A stretch of 63,976 nucleotides of DNA, filler included, from Lama guanicoe (lineage: Eukaryota), in assembly GCA_013239625.1 (NCBI GenBank). It is 73 parts of 73 records of this genome, joined end to end, with 100 filler letters (N's around TTAATTAATTAA, not from the genome) between each part and the next. Parts side by side here need not be neighbours in the genome. Positions count along the whole stretch, not along the records: positions 38,199 to 39,332 come from MU056322.1; positions 39,433 to 40,250 come from MU056323.1; positions 40,351 to 41,488 come from MU056324.1; positions 41,589 to 42,324 come from MU056326.1; positions 42,425 to 43,434 come from MU056330.1; positions 43,535 to 43,970 come from PNXV01020213.1; positions 44,071 to 44,585 come from MU056334.1; positions 44,686 to 45,947 come from MU056338.1; 65 more parts are not named here. The stretch is one strand, 5' to 3'. Position numbers and translations under genes: made by a program. The first letter of the stretch is position 1; every line of letters starts with the position of its first letter. Below the pieces are notes generated by a model that saw nothing but the letters and a program-made list of their open reading frames with translations, had not been told where the DNA came from and searched no databases. Of the stretch, positions 38,199 to 50,475 are shown in pieces.

Positions 38199-39332
38199 AC
38201 ACACACTTGTCTCTCAGAACTGAGCATGTTGAGAGACGTTCGTTCATGCAGGACAAAGGGAACGGGTTGGAGGAGAAACACTTACTCTGGTTACTCAGTC
38301 GGTTTCCTAGTGCCGGTTTGAAGTGNNNNNNNNNNNNNNNNNNNNNNNNNNNNNNNNNNNNNNNNNNNNNNNNNNNNNNNNNNNNNNNNNNNNNNNNNNN
38401 NNNNNNNNNNNNNNNNNNNNNNNNNNNNNNNNNNNNNNNNNNNNNNNNNNNNNNNNNNNNNNNNNNNNNNNNNNNNNNNNNNNNNNNNNNNNNNNNNNNN
38501 NNNNNNNNNNNNNNNNNNNNNNNNNNNNNNNNNNNNNNNNNNNNNNNNNNNNNNNNNNNNNNNNNNNNNNNNNNNNNNNNNNNNNNNNNNNNNNNNNNNN
38601 NNNNNNNNNNNNNNNNNNNNNNNNNNNNNNNNNNNNNNNNNNNNNNNNNNNNNNNNNNNNNNNNNNNNNNNNNNNNNNNNNNNNNNNNNNNNNNNNNNNN
38701 NNNNNNNNNNNNNNNNNNNNNNNNNNNNNNNNNNNNNNNNNNNNNNNNNNNNNNNNNNNNNNNNNNNNNNNNNNNNNNNNNNNNNNNNNNNNNNNNNNNN
38801 NNNNNNNNNNNNNNNNNNNNNNNNNNNNNNNNNNNNNNNNNNNNNNNNNNNNNNNNNNNNNNNNNNNNNNNNNNNNNNNNNNNNNNNNNNNNNNNNNNNN
38901 NNNNNNNNNNNNNNNNNNNNNNNNNNNNNNNNNNNNNNNNNNNNNNNNNNNNNNNNNNNNNNNNNNNNNNNNNNNNNNNNNNNNNNNNNNNNNNNNNNNN
39001 NNNNNNNNNNNNNNNNNNNNNNNNNNNNNNNNNNNNNNNNNNNNNNNNNNNNNNNNNNNNNNNNNNNNNNNNNNNNNNNNNNNNNNNNNNNNNNNNNNNN
39101 NNNNNNNNNNNNNNNNNNNNNNNNNNNNNNNNNNNNNNNNNNNNNNNNNNNNNNNNNNNNNNNNNNNNNNNNNNNNNNNNNNNNNNNNNNNNNNNNNNNN
39201 NNNNNNNNNNNNNNNNNNNNNNNNNNNNNNNNNNNNNNNNNNNNNNNNNNNNNNNNNNNNTTTGGAGGAGAAACACTTACTCTGGTTCTCAGTCTGTTTC
39301 CTAGTACCGGTTTGAAGTGCCTGCCGTTTTCA
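38199..39332 (-). repeat. Satellite B (mostly gap)
   Basis: TTTCCTAGTGCCGGTTTGAAGTG-type sequence at both ends. Confidence 0.93.
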
Positions 39333-39432
39333 NNNNNNNNNNNNNNNNNNNNNNNNNNNNNNNNNNNNNNNNNNNNTTAATTAATTAANNNNNNNNNNNN
39401 NNNNNNNNNNNNNNNNNNNNNNNNNNNNNNNN

Positions 39433-40250
39433 AATAATTCTGGAATCCTGAGCGTGGGGAGGATCCACCAACGGTCGGCAATGCGTGGGTTCTAACGGAA
39501 TGCTTGTGCTCGTCTCCCCTGAGATTTTTCCTCATGTCTCTGTGCCAGGGAATGCTAGGGGGGGTTGCAGGAAATNNNNNNNNNNNNNNNNNNNNNNNNN
39601 NNNNNNNNNNNNNNNNNNNNNNNNNNNNNNNNNNNNNNNNNNNNNNNNNNNNNNNNNNNNNNNNNNNNNNNNNNNNNNNNNNNNNNNNNNNNNNNNNNNN
39701 NNNNNNNNNNNNNNNNNNNNNNNNNNNNNNNNNNNNNNNNNNNNNNNNNNNNNNNNNNNNNNNNNNNNNNNNNNNNNNNNNNNNNNNNNNNNNNNNNNNN
39801 NNNNNNNNNNNNNNNNNNNNNNNNNNNNNNNNNNNNNNNNNNNNCGTGGCTGCTTCCCCAAGGTCAGGGAAGCTTTTTCTCGGACTTCCCCGAGCAGGGG
39901 ACACCTGTGACTGAAGAGAGCTGCGTGGAGTTGTCTCTCCAGCTCCACCACTCCATCAAAATGTTTCCGGAATGCTGAGCGTGGGGAGGTTCCACCAAAG
40001 GTCGGCAGCGCGTGGGTTCTAACGGAATGCCTGTGCTCGTCTCCCCTGAGGGTTTTCCTCATGTCTCTGTGCCAGGGAATGCTAGGGGGTTTGCAGGAAA
40101 TCCCAGTGACAGAGGCTGCCTCCCCAAGATCAGTGAAGGTATGTCTCGGACTTCCCCGAGCAGGGAACAGCTGAGACAGAAGAGAGCTGCGTGGAGTTGT
40201 CTCTCCAGCTCCACCACTCCATCAAAATGTTTCCGGAATGCTGAGCGTGG
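39433..40250 (-). repeat. Satellite A
   Basis: CTGCGTGGAGTTGTCTCTCCAGCTCC at 39921 and 40187 (266 bp apart). Confidence 0.96.
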
Positions 40251-40350
40251 NNNNNNNNNNNNNNNNNNNNNNNNNNNNNNNNNNNNNNNNNNNNTTAATT
40301 AATTAANNNNNNNNNNNNNNNNNNNNNNNNNNNNNNNNNNNNNNNNNNNN

Positions 40351-41488
40351 CAAAGTTTCTTTTCAGTTGCAAACTCCACTCCGTACATATATAAGGCGAT
40401 GTACATGCTCGAACTCAGTTTTACAGTGAAAACGGCAGGCACTTCAAACCGGCACTAGGAAGCGGACTGAGAAACCAGAGTAAGGGTTTCTCCTGCAACC
40501 CGTTCCCTTTGTGCTGGATGAACGAACGTTTCTCCACATGCTCACTTCTGAGAGATGAGTGTGTGTGAAAGCCGTCCTTCACCTAGCTTGAAGGGAACAC
40601 AAAGTTTCTTTTCAGTTGCAAACTCCACTCCATACATATATATGGGCAGGTACAAGCTCCAACTCNNNNNNNNNNNNNNNNNNNNNNNNNNNNNNNNNNN
40701 NNNNNNNNNNNNNNNNNNNNNNNNNNNNNNNNNNNNNNNNNNNNNNNNNNNNNNNNNNNNNNNNNNNNNNNNNNNNNNNNNNNNNNNNNNNNNNNNNNNN
40801 NNNNNNNNNNNNNNNNNNNNNNNNNNNNNNNNNNNNNNNNNNNNNNNNNNNNNNNNNNNNNNNNNNNNNNNNNNNNNNNNNNNNNNNNNNNNNNNNNNNN
40901 NNNNNNNNNNNNNNNNNNNNNNNNNNNNNNNNNNNNNNNNNNNNNNNNNNNNNNNNNNNNNNNNNNNNNGTTTCTCCTGCAAACCGTTCCCCTTGTGCTG
41001 GATGAACGAACGTCTCTCCACATGCTCAGTTCTGAGAGATAATTGTGTGTGAAAGCCATACTTCACCTATCTTGAAGGGATCACCAAGTTTCTTTTCAGT
41101 TGCAAACTCCACTCCATACATATATTTGTGGAGGTTCAAGCTCCAACTCGGTTTTACAGTGAAAACGGCAGGCACGTCAAACCGGCACTAGGAAACAGAC
41201 TGAGAAACCAGAGTCACTGTTTCTCCTGCAACCCGTTCCCTTTGTGCTGGATGAACGAACGTCTCTCCACATGCTAAGTTCTGAGAGATAATTGTGTGTG
41301 AAAGCCATACTTCACCTATCTTGAAGGGATCACCAAGTTTCTTTTCAGTTGCAAACTCCACTCCATACATATATATGGGGAGGTAGAAGCTCCAACTCGG
41401 TTTTATAGTGAAAACGGCAGGCACTTCTACCCGGCACATGGAAACAGACAGAGAAACCAGAGTAAGGGTTTCTCCTGGAACCCGTTCC
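40351..41488 (+). repeat. Satellite B
   Basis: TTTCTCCTGCAA at 40971 and 41220 (249 bp apart). Confidence 0.97.
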
Positions 41489-41588
41489 NNNNNNNNNNNN
41501 NNNNNNNNNNNNNNNNNNNNNNNNNNNNNNNNTTAATTAATTAANNNNNNNNNNNNNNNNNNNNNNNNNNNNNNNNNNNNNNNNNNNN

Positions 41589-42324
41589 GTTTCCATGTCT
41601 TGGCTATTGTAAATAATGCTGCTATAAACATTGGGGTTCACGTGTCATCCTGAAGTAGGGTTCCTTCTGGATATAAGCCCAGGAGAGGGATTTCTGGGTC
41701 ATATGGTAAGTCTATCCCTAGTCTTTTGAGGAATCTCCACACTGTTTTCCATAGTGGCTGCACCAAACTTCATTCCCACCAGCAGTGTAGGAGGGTTCCC
41801 TTTCTCCACAGCCTCTCCAGTATTTGTCATTTGTGGACTTTTGAAATTTGTGTGTCTTCATTGGAGAATTGCTTGGTCTTCTGCCCATTTTTGGATTGGG
41901 TTGTTTCTTTCTTGTTAAGTCATATGAGCTGCTTATATATTCTGGAGATCAAGCCTTTGCTGGTTTCATTTGCAAAATTTTTCTTTTCNNNNNNNNNNNN
42001 NNNNNNNNNNNNNNNNNNNNNNNNNNNNNNNNNNNNNNNNNNNNNNNNNNNNNNNNNNNNNNNNNNNNNNNNNNNNNNNNNNNNNNNNNNNNNNNNNNNN
42101 NNNNNNNNNNNNNNNNNNNNNNNNNNNNNNNNNNNNNNNNNNNNNNNNNNNNNNNNNNNNNNNNNNNNNNNNNNNNNNNNNNNNNNNNNNNNNNGTGAGA
42201 TAATGCCTATATTTTCTTCTAGGAGGTTTATTGTATCTTGTCTTATGTTTAAGTCTTTGATCCGTTTTGAGTTGATTTTTGTGTATGGTGTAAGGGAGTG
42301 TTCTAGCTTCATTGCATTGCTTTA
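41589..42324 (-). mobile_element. Relatively young L1 ORF2 3' region
   Basis: Minus-strand peptide [46 protein letters not shown]. Confidence 0.95.
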
Positions 42325-42424
42325 NNNNNNNNNNNNNNNNNNNNNNNNNNNNNNNNNNNNNNNNNNNNTTAATTAATTAANNNNNNNNNNNNNNNNNNNN
42401 NNNNNNNNNNNNNNNNNNNNNNNN

Positions 42425-43434
42425 GAACTTTGGGAGGCATCCTCTCTCACTGGGATTTCAAGCAAACACTCCTCACATTCCCTGGCACAGAGAAATTTGG
42501 AAAAAAACCAGGGGAGTCGAGCTTAGGCATTCCGTTTGAACCCACGCACTGCCGACGGTTGGTGGAACCTCCCCATTCTCAGGATTCCGGAACCATTGTC
42601 AGTGCGTGGGGGAGCTCGAGAGAGAAATCCACNNNNNNNNNNNNNNNNNNNNNNNNNNNNNNNNNNNNNNNNNNNNNNNNNNNNNNNNNNNNNNNNNNNN
42701 NNNNNNNNNNNNNNNNNNNNNNNNNNNNNNNNNNNNNNNNNNNNNNNNNNNNNNNNNNNNNNNNNNNNNNNNNNNNNNNNNNNNNNNNNNNNNNNNNNNN
42801 NNNNNNNNNNNNNNNNNNNNNNNNNNNNNNNNNNNNNNNNNNNNNNNNNNNNNNNNNNNNNNNNNNNNNNNNNNNNNNNNNNNNNNNNNNNNNNNNNNNN
42901 NNNNNNNNNNNNNNNNNNNNNNNNNNNNNNNNNNNNNNNNNNNNNNNNNNNNNNNNNNNNNNNNNNNNGCCTCTGTCACTGGGATTGCCTGCAAACTCCC
43001 CTAGCATTCCCTGGCACAGACACATTAGGAAAAAACCCAGGGGAGTCGAGTTTAGGCATTCCGTTTGAAACCACGTGCTGCCGACCGTTGTTGGAACCTC
43101 CCCAAAATCAGGATTCCGGAACCATTGTCAGTGCGTCGGTAGGTCGAGAGACAACCCCACCCAGCTCTCTTAAGTCACAGGTGTTCCCTGTTAGGGGGAA
43201 TTCTGAGAAATAACTTCCCTGATCTTGGGGAGGCAGCCTCTGTCACTGGGATTTCCTGCAAACGCCCCTAGCATTCCCTGGCACAGTGACATTAGGGAAA
43301 TACCCAGGGGAGTCGAGCTTAGGCATTCCGTTAGAACCCACGCACTGCCGACAGTTAGTGGAACCTCCAGACCCTCAGGATTCCTGAAACATTGTCAGTG
43401 GGTGGGGAGCTCGAGAGACAACTCCACGCAGCTC
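42425..43434 (+). repeat. Satellite A (CCAGGGGAGTCGAG subfamily)
   Basis: Tandem ~267-bp monomers. Confidence 0.95.
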
Positions 43435-43534
43435 NNNNNNNNNNNNNNNNNNNNNNNNNNNNNNNNNNNNNNNNNNNNTTAATTAATTAANNNNNNNNNN
43501 NNNNNNNNNNNNNNNNNNNNNNNNNNNNNNNNNN

Positions 43535-43970
43535 TTTCTGTTGATTCATCATTTGTGTAAAGAAATGCAACTGATTTTTGAACTGTAACCTTGTAACCTG
43601 CTACCTTGCTGAATTCTTCAATCAGCTCTAGTAGTTTTTGTGTGGCCTTTTTAGGATTTTCTATATATAGTAACATGTCATCGGCATATAGTGACACTTT
43701 TACCTCTTCTTTTCCAATTTGGATCCCTTTTATTTCTTTCTCTTGCCTGATTGCTGTGGCTAGGACTTCCAACCAGGACTATGTTGAATAGGAGTGGTGA
43801 TAGTGGGCAGCCTTGTCCCAGATTTGAGTGGGAAGCTTTTGAGTTTTTCACCGTTGAGTACTATGCTGGCTATAGGTTTGTCATATATAGCTTTTACTAT
43901 GTTGAGATATGTTCACTCTACACCCACTTTGGTGAGAGTTTTTATCGTAAATGGGTGTTGAATTTTATCA
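43535..43970 (-). mobile_element. L1 ORF2 reverse-transcriptase core fragment (disrupted)
   Basis: [41 protein letters not shown] with the YADD motif; frame breaks near 43770-43820. Confidence 0.97.
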
Positions 43971-44070
43971 NNNNNNNNNNNNNNNNNNNNNNNNNNNNNN
44001 NNNNNNNNNNNNNNTTAATTAATTAANNNNNNNNNNNNNNNNNNNNNNNNNNNNNNNNNNNNNNNNNNNN

Positions 44071-44585
44071 GGAGCTCGAGAGACAACTCCACGCAGCTCT
44101 CGTCTGTCACAGGTGTTCCATGTAAGGGGCAATTCTGAGAAATACCTTCCCTGAGGTTTGGGAGGCAGCCTCTGTCACTGGGATTGCCTGCAAACACCCC
44201 TAGCATTCCCTGGCACAGAGAAATTAGGAAAAAACCCAGGGGAGTCGAGCTTAGGCATTCCGTTAGAACCCACGCGCTACNNNNNNNNNNNNNNNNNNNN
44301 NNNNNNNNNNNNNNNNNNNNNNNNNNNNNNNNNNNNNNNNNNNNNNNNNNNNNNNNNNNNNNNNNNNNNNNNNNNNNNNNNNNNNNNNNNNNNNNNNNNN
44401 NNNNNNNNNNNNNNNNNNNNNNNNNNNNNNNNNNNNNNNNNNNNNNNNNNNNNNNNNNNNNNNNNNNNNNNNNNNNNNNNNNNNNNNNNNNNNNNNNNNN
44501 NNNNNNNNNCCTCCCTAGCATTCCCTGGCACAGAGGTATTAGGAAAAAAACCAGGGGAGTCGAGCTTAGGCATTTCTTAAGAACC
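44071..44585 (+). repeat. Satellite A (CCAGGGGAGTCGAG subfamily)
   Basis: Same diagnostic variants as 42425-43434. Confidence 0.95.
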
Positions 44586-45270
44586 NNNNNNNNNNNNNNN
44601 NNNNNNNNNNNNNNNNNNNNNNNNNNNNNTTAATTAATTAANNNNNNNNNNNNNNNNNNNNNNNNNNNNNNNNNNNNNNNNNNNNGGTGAGATGTCTTTG
44701 CCGATGGGTGGTCCCCCTTTACTCGGGAGATTGATGGGAGCTGTGTCCCCCCAGCCTACGGCCTCGGGCCTTGAGTCTGGAGAGCGCTCATGGCGGTCCC
44801 ACAGGTGACGGTCGGAGGACCTGGCACGTGCTGCCGGGCCTGATGTGGAGGAGGTGCTCTATGATTTTCTGTGATTCTAACGTCAGATTCTATTTTCTGG
44901 TTGTTGGTAAGTTGGAGGAGAAGATGCCAGAGAATTGATAAAACGAAATTCCACACCAGTCCTGTGAATGACAGGCACAGGGGATCCGTGTCCCACCTGC
45001 GTGTGGTGCCTGGCGGGCTCTGGATTAATTTTCACTTCCTCCCCGGACATGCCTCTATAGTTTAAGGAAGGGGAGAGGCATGTCGTTTCCATGATCTGTA
45101 CTTGTCCTTGCAGGGCCCTATGATCTACACGCCTGCACTCCCCTTCTGCTCCTTGTAGATGAGCTGGCAGGTTTAGTGGCCTGGGCAAAGCTGAGGGCAC
45201 AGCTGCCAGCACTGGCCACACCAAGGCTGGCTCTGTTCACCTGATCTGTCACCTCCTGCTGAGCCCCCAG

Positions 45271-45337
45271 GCGTTAGTCAAGGGAGGTGCATCGGTGCAA
45301 CGTAAGCAGGGACCACCTTCTCCCCCTGGACAGACTG
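45271..45337 (+). other. Candidate 67-nt exon
   Basis: cccccag|GCGTTA...AGACTG|gtgagt; single open frame ALVKGGASVQRKQGPPSPPGQT. Confidence 0.25.
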
Positions 45338-46099
45338 GTGAGTGAGCAGTGGAAGCCTGGAGCCCTGCCCCAGCCNNNNNNNNNNNNNNNNNNNNNNNNN
45401 NNNNNNNNNNNNNNNNNNNNNNNNNNNNNNNNNNNNNNNNNNNNNNNNNNNNNNNNNNNNNNNNNNNNNNNNNNNNNNNNNNNNNNNNNNNNNNNNNNNN
45501 NNNNNNNNNNNNNNNNNNNNNNNNNNNNNNNNNNNNNNNNNNNNNNNNNNNNNNNNNNNNNNNNNNNNNNNNNNNNNNNNNNNNNNNNNNNNNNNNNNNN
45601 NNNNNNNNNNNNNNNNNNNNNNNNNNNNNNNNNNNNNNNNNNNNNNNNNNNNNNNNNNNNNNNNNNNNNNNNNNNNNNNNNNNNNNNCTCAGCCAGCATC
45701 TAAACGTCAATGAGATAACGCGGCCAGTGAGCTCGGGTCAAGCAAGTTCTCTTCCAGTCACTTTTACTCCATTGTTGCTTTTACTATTCCACAGTCATTA
45801 ATTTTTAAAATAATGTTTTGGTGCAGGAGCAGAGCCTAATTCTCCCCTGTTTCTCTTGGTGGGAGTGAGTAAAATTTTCCAGCTTGAAATGAGACCAAAT
45901 TTTGTAGCTCAAAAGCTGTCTACACGCAACTAGGTGAAGTTTTGGTTNNNNNNNNNNNNNNNNNNNNNNNNNNNNNNNNNNNNNNNNNNNNTTAATTAAT
46001 TAANNNNNNNNNNNNNNNNNNNNNNNNNNNNNNNNNNNNNNNNNNNNAGGGGATTTGAGTGTTCCTTTATTTTTTCTTAATGGCGTTGCTTTTATTACC

Positions 46100-46358
46100 T
46101 ATTTTTTAAATTATTTTTTATTGAAGTGTAGTCAGTTTACAATGTTAGTTTCAGGTGTACAGCAGAGATTCAGTTATAAACATATGCATATGTATATACA
46201 TATGTTTTAGATTGTTTTTAGTACAACTCATTACAAGTAATTGAATATAGCTCCCTNNNNNNNNNNNNNNNNNNNNNNNNNNNNNNNNNNNNNNNNNNNN
46301 NNNNNNNNNNNNNNNNNNNNNNNACCACAGTTTGCTTTCTATGTCCATGAGTCCATTT
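46100..46358 (-). mobile_element. L1 3' end
   Basis: TTTTTATTGAAGTGTAGTCAGTTTACAATGTT..TTCAGGTGTACAGC..TTGAATATAGCTCCCT. Confidence 0.9.
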
Positions 46359-47029
46359 CAGGGAGCACCATTTTTCCTAGTAATATATGCTCTTTGGCTG
46401 CTTTCAGTTTCAGTAATTCCATCTTATCTGTGGGCACTTTTCTTCTGGTGGACTTTATGTGGTTTGCACATGTGGTAATAGAGATCTTTATTTGGGAGAA
46501 CTCCAGGCTTCGTGTAGTCCCTGGTATAGAGTGCCCACTGAGTTGATGCTTAAACTGGGAAAAAAGCACAGTAAATGTTGGAATTTCCATTATGGTTGGG
46601 AATTCCAGGTTTCTATAACCTGTTTAGCCCACCTTAATATTGGCTGCACCCATACTGGGTAATTTGGTGGAATTTCATGGTATGGTGGTGTAGAGACAGG
46701 GCCTTTTATGCTTCTTCTCTTTCCTTTTCCTAACACTCATTCTCCTTTGCCTCCCAGATACTCCCCCAGAAGGGCCCAGGGCTGGCTTGGTGCTGCGCTG
46801 AGGCAATATTTGTTAATAAGGCCTTTTCTTCATCTCTTCTGAGCCACCGTTTCTTTCTCTGCACAATGATGGCTTAGACTAGATTAAGTGCTTTCNNNNN
46901 NNNNNNNNNNNNNNNNNNNNNNNNNNNNNNNNNNNNNNNTTAATTAATTAANNNNNNNNNNNNNNNNNNNNNNNNNNNNNNNNNNNNNNNNNNNNGCAGG
47001 TAGAGGAAAAAAAAGAAAGAAAAAGGAAA

Positions 47030-47276
47030 TTGGTGCATGATATGTTCCACAGAAAGAGAGCAGCATAGAAAGAAAAGTGCCCTCACCCTGGGAAGCTCCC
47101 TCTCCAGCAAGGAGATCCACAGGGACAGAACAGGAGCTTCAGAGGTTCAGAGGAGGCAGCAACAGCAGCTTAGCAGAAAGAACTAAGAGAAACCAGCAGT
47201 GAGAGTCACTTTGAATCCTAGCCTAAGATGCATGCCAGTGGGGACAGGCTGGGCTGGGCTGCTGGAACTCAGGCTT
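47030..47276 (+). mobile_element. Probable L1 5'UTR remnant
   Basis: CCCTGGGAAGCTCCCTC..GGAGATC..GGGACAGA..GGAGCTTCAGAG resembles cetartiodactyl L1 5'UTRs (from memory). Confidence 0.5.
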
Positions 47277-47901
47277 NNNNNNNNNNNNNNNNNNNNNNNN
47301 NNNNNNNNNNNNNNNNNNNNNNNNNNNNNNNNNNNNNNNNNNNNNNNNNNNNNNNNNNNNNNNNNNNNNNNNNNNNNNNNNNNNNNNNNNNNNNNNNNNN
47401 NNNNNNNNNNNNNNNNNNNNNNNNNNNNNNNNNNNNNNNNNNNNNNNNNNNNNNNNNNNNNNNNNNNNNNNNNNNNNNNNNNNNNNNNNNNNNNNNNNNN
47501 NNNNNNNNNNNNNNNNNNNNNNNNNNNNNNNNNNNNNNNGAGCGGTACAACTGCTGCTTCTGGTCTTCTGGGCAGAGGAGGGGCTGAAACATGAACTGTT
47601 ACTCAGGGGCCATCCAACATCACAGGCAAGACTGTCATTCTAGTCCCAGGAAGAGGTGGTGGATTTGCTCTCCTGGTGCCTTTGTAGACCTGTGCCTCTA
47701 AGACAAATGAGTGGAGATTTGGTACATATTTGGGATGGGTTTGGCATCAACCGTATGTCTGTGTACCCTGTTTTGATTTGTGGTTACCCTGTTTTTAATT
47801 ANNNNNNNNNNNNNNNNNNNNNNNNNNNNNNNNNNNNNNNNNNNNTTAATTAATTAANNNNNNNNNNNNNNNNNNNNNNNNNNNNNNNNNNNNNNNNNNN
47901 N

Positions 47902-48375
47902 AATAAAGCTGCTATTAACATCTGTATGCAGATTTGTGTGTGGACATTTCATCGTTTCCATTTCGTCGAGTAAACACCAAGGAGCACAGGTGCCGGATCA
48001 TATGGTAGGAGTACTTTTAGTTTTGTAAAAAATTGCCAGACCATCTTTCAAAGTATCTGGGCCATTTTACATTCCCACCAGCAATGCATGAGAATTCCTG
48101 TCACTCCACATCGTCACCAGCATTCAGTGCTGTCAGTGTTCTGCGTTTTGGCAGTTCTGACAGGAGTGCAGTGGTACCTCGCTGTTTCAGTTTGCATCCC
48201 CTTGATGACAGATGCTGTGGAGCATCTTTCCATAGACTTCTTTGGCATCTAGATTCCTTCTATGATGAGGTGTGTGTTCAAGCATTTTGCTCATTTTTTA
48301 ATCAGGTTATTAATACTACTTGTTGAGTTTAAAGAGATTTGGGTATATTCTGGATATCAGCCCTTTATCAGTGTG
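47902..48375 (-). mobile_element. Old L1 (L1MB-like) ORF2 C-terminal region
   Basis: AATAAAGCTGCTATTAACAT..GGATCATATGGTA..CATTCCCACCAGCAATG..TATATTCTGGATA. Confidence 0.9.
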
Positions 48376-48384
48376 TCCCTGCCC

Positions 48385-48647
48385 TTCACCTGCAGCACCG
48401 GAGTTGTCCTTTGGGTCTCAGTGGAGTGTCAGCTCTTCAAAGAGGTTCCCTGTCTTCCCTCAGCCTAAATACAGTCCTTGTATTTTTCACTTTCATTGAC
48501 TCATTTTGTTCTTTTTAAATAGCATTTCCCATAATTTGTTAGTACATTAAAAAAAAAAAGGCAATGATTGAACACTGCCTCCCCCACCAGGCTGTGTGCC
48601 CTGTGAGAGCAGAGACCCTGTCCCCACTCACCATGTCCCATGACAGC
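48385..48647 (+). mobile_element. L2 3' remnant
   Basis: TCAAAGAGGTTCCCTG..CCTAAA..CTGCCTCCCCCACCAGGCTGTG..GAGAGCAGAGACC. Confidence 0.55.
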
Positions 48648-48928
48648 NNNNNNNNNNNNNNNNNNNNNNNNNNNNNNNNNNNNNNNNNNNNNNNNNNNNN
48701 NNNNNNNNNNNNNNNNNNNNNNNNNNNNNNNNNNNNNNNNNNNNNNNNNNNNNNNNNNNNNNNNNNNNNGTTTCTTGAACTTAATTATTAAATCACATGA
48801 ATGAAACATGTTTCTTTTTAAAAATAAANNNNNNNNNNNNNNNNNNNNNNNNNNNNNNNNNNNNNNNNNNNNTTAATTAATTAANNNNNNNNNNNNNNNN
48901 NNNNNNNNNNNNNNNNNNNNNNNNNNNN

Positions 48929-49696
48929 TCACATAGCTTGTTGAGAACACAAAGTTTCTCTTCATTTGCAGACTCCATTCCATACAAACATATGGGGAGG
49001 TACAAGCTCCAACTCGGTTTTACATTGAAAACTGCAGGAACTTCAAACCGGCACTAGGAAACAGACTGAGAAACCAGAGAAAGTGTTTCTCCTGCAACCT
49101 GTTCCATTTGTGCTAGATGAACGAACGTCTCTCCACATGCTCAATTTNNNNNNNNNNNNNNNNNNNNNNNNNNNNNNNNNNNNNNNNNNNNNNNNNNNNN
49201 NNNNNNNNNNNNNNNNNNNNNNNNNNNNNNNNNNNNNNNNNNNNNNNNNNNNNNNNNNNNNNNNNNNNNNNNNNNNNNNNNNNNNNNNNNNNNNNNNNNN
49301 NNNNNNNNNNNNNNNNNNNNNNNNNNNNNNNNNNNNNNNNNNNNNNNNNNNNNNNNNNNNNNNNNNNNNNNNNNNNNNNNNNNNNNNNNNNNNNNNNNNN
49401 NNNNNNNNNNNNNNNNNNNNNNNNNNNNNNNNNNNNNNNNNNNNNNNNNNNNNNNNNNNNNNNNNNNNNNNNNNNNNNNNNNNNNNNNNNNNNNNNNNNN
49501 NNNNNNNNNNNNNNNNNNNNNNNNNNNNNNNNNNNNNNNNNNNNNNNNNNNNNNNNNNNNNNNNNNNNNNNNNNNNNNNNNNNNNNNNNNNNNNNNNNNN
49601 NNNNGTGCTAGATGACCTCTCTCCACATGCTCAATATTGAGAGTTACACGTGTGTGAAAGCCGTCCTTCACCTAGCTTGTTGGGAACACAAAGTTT
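48929..49696 (+). repeat. Satellite B
   Basis: ATGGGGAGGTACAAGCTCCAACTCGG..AAACCGGCACTAGGAAAC. Confidence 0.95.
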
Positions 49697-50094
49697 NNNN
49701 NNNNNNNNNNNNNNNNNNNNNNNNNNNNNNNNNNNNNNNNTTAATTAATTAANNNNNNNNNNNNNNNNNNNNNNNNNNNNNNNNNNNNNNNNNNNNCAGT
49801 GTGAAGCCTGAGGAGGGGGCAGGAGGGATGGGAGCTGCCCTCCTACGATTGCCACCAGCTGGAGGGAGAACCTGGCATGTGGGGTCCACAGGAAAGGGAT
49901 GGGCACGTCCCCCAGGGTGAAGCTGTGCCCCAGGGTGAAGCTGTGCCTGGACACAGCAGGACTTAAGCTAAGGTATCCTTCCTCTGCTTGTCACTCACAC
50001 CCTAGGTGGACAAGAAGATGTCTCCTGGAGTTGGGAAGGAGGAAGAGAGAAAGGTAGCACTACGACATGCCCGTTCACTCCTAAGCCCAGCTAT

Positions 50095-50325
50095 GAAGAA
50101 GTCACTGGCATCACTGCCACCATTATTTCTCCCTGGCCCTCATTATTTCTCCCTGGACCATCATGATTAGAGTCTTCTTCTACACATTCCTTCTGACCTA
50201 ACTCTCCCTACACCTCAGCCCCACTAAATCTCTGCCACACTGCTTGCCACCAGAGTACGCTTTCCAATGCACAAATCTGGTAACGACCTTTCCTGCTTAA
50301 ATGTCTACAATGCCTCCCACTCTCT
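50095..50325 (+). mobile_element. L2 remnant
   Basis: CTGCCACAC..GCCACCAGAG..TTTCCAATGCACAAATCTG..CCTGCTTAAA. Confidence 0.55.
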
Positions 50326-50475
50326 ACAGCGGTTAGCAAGCTGACCTGTGGACCAAATCCAGCCTGCAAGTGACANNNNNNNNNNNNNNNNNNNNNNNNN
50401 NNNNNNNNNNNNNNNNNNNTTAATTAATTAANNNNNNNNNNNNNNNNNNNNNNNNNNNNNNNNNNNNNNNNNNNN

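Noticed and set aside
33338..39315. Long ORFs (330-395 aa) and all other X-rich ORFs
   Set aside because: Read-through of N gaps; the C-terminal LIN or N comes from the linker.
43479..43772. Novel reverse transcriptase
   Set aside because: Ordinary disrupted L1 ORF2 fragment.
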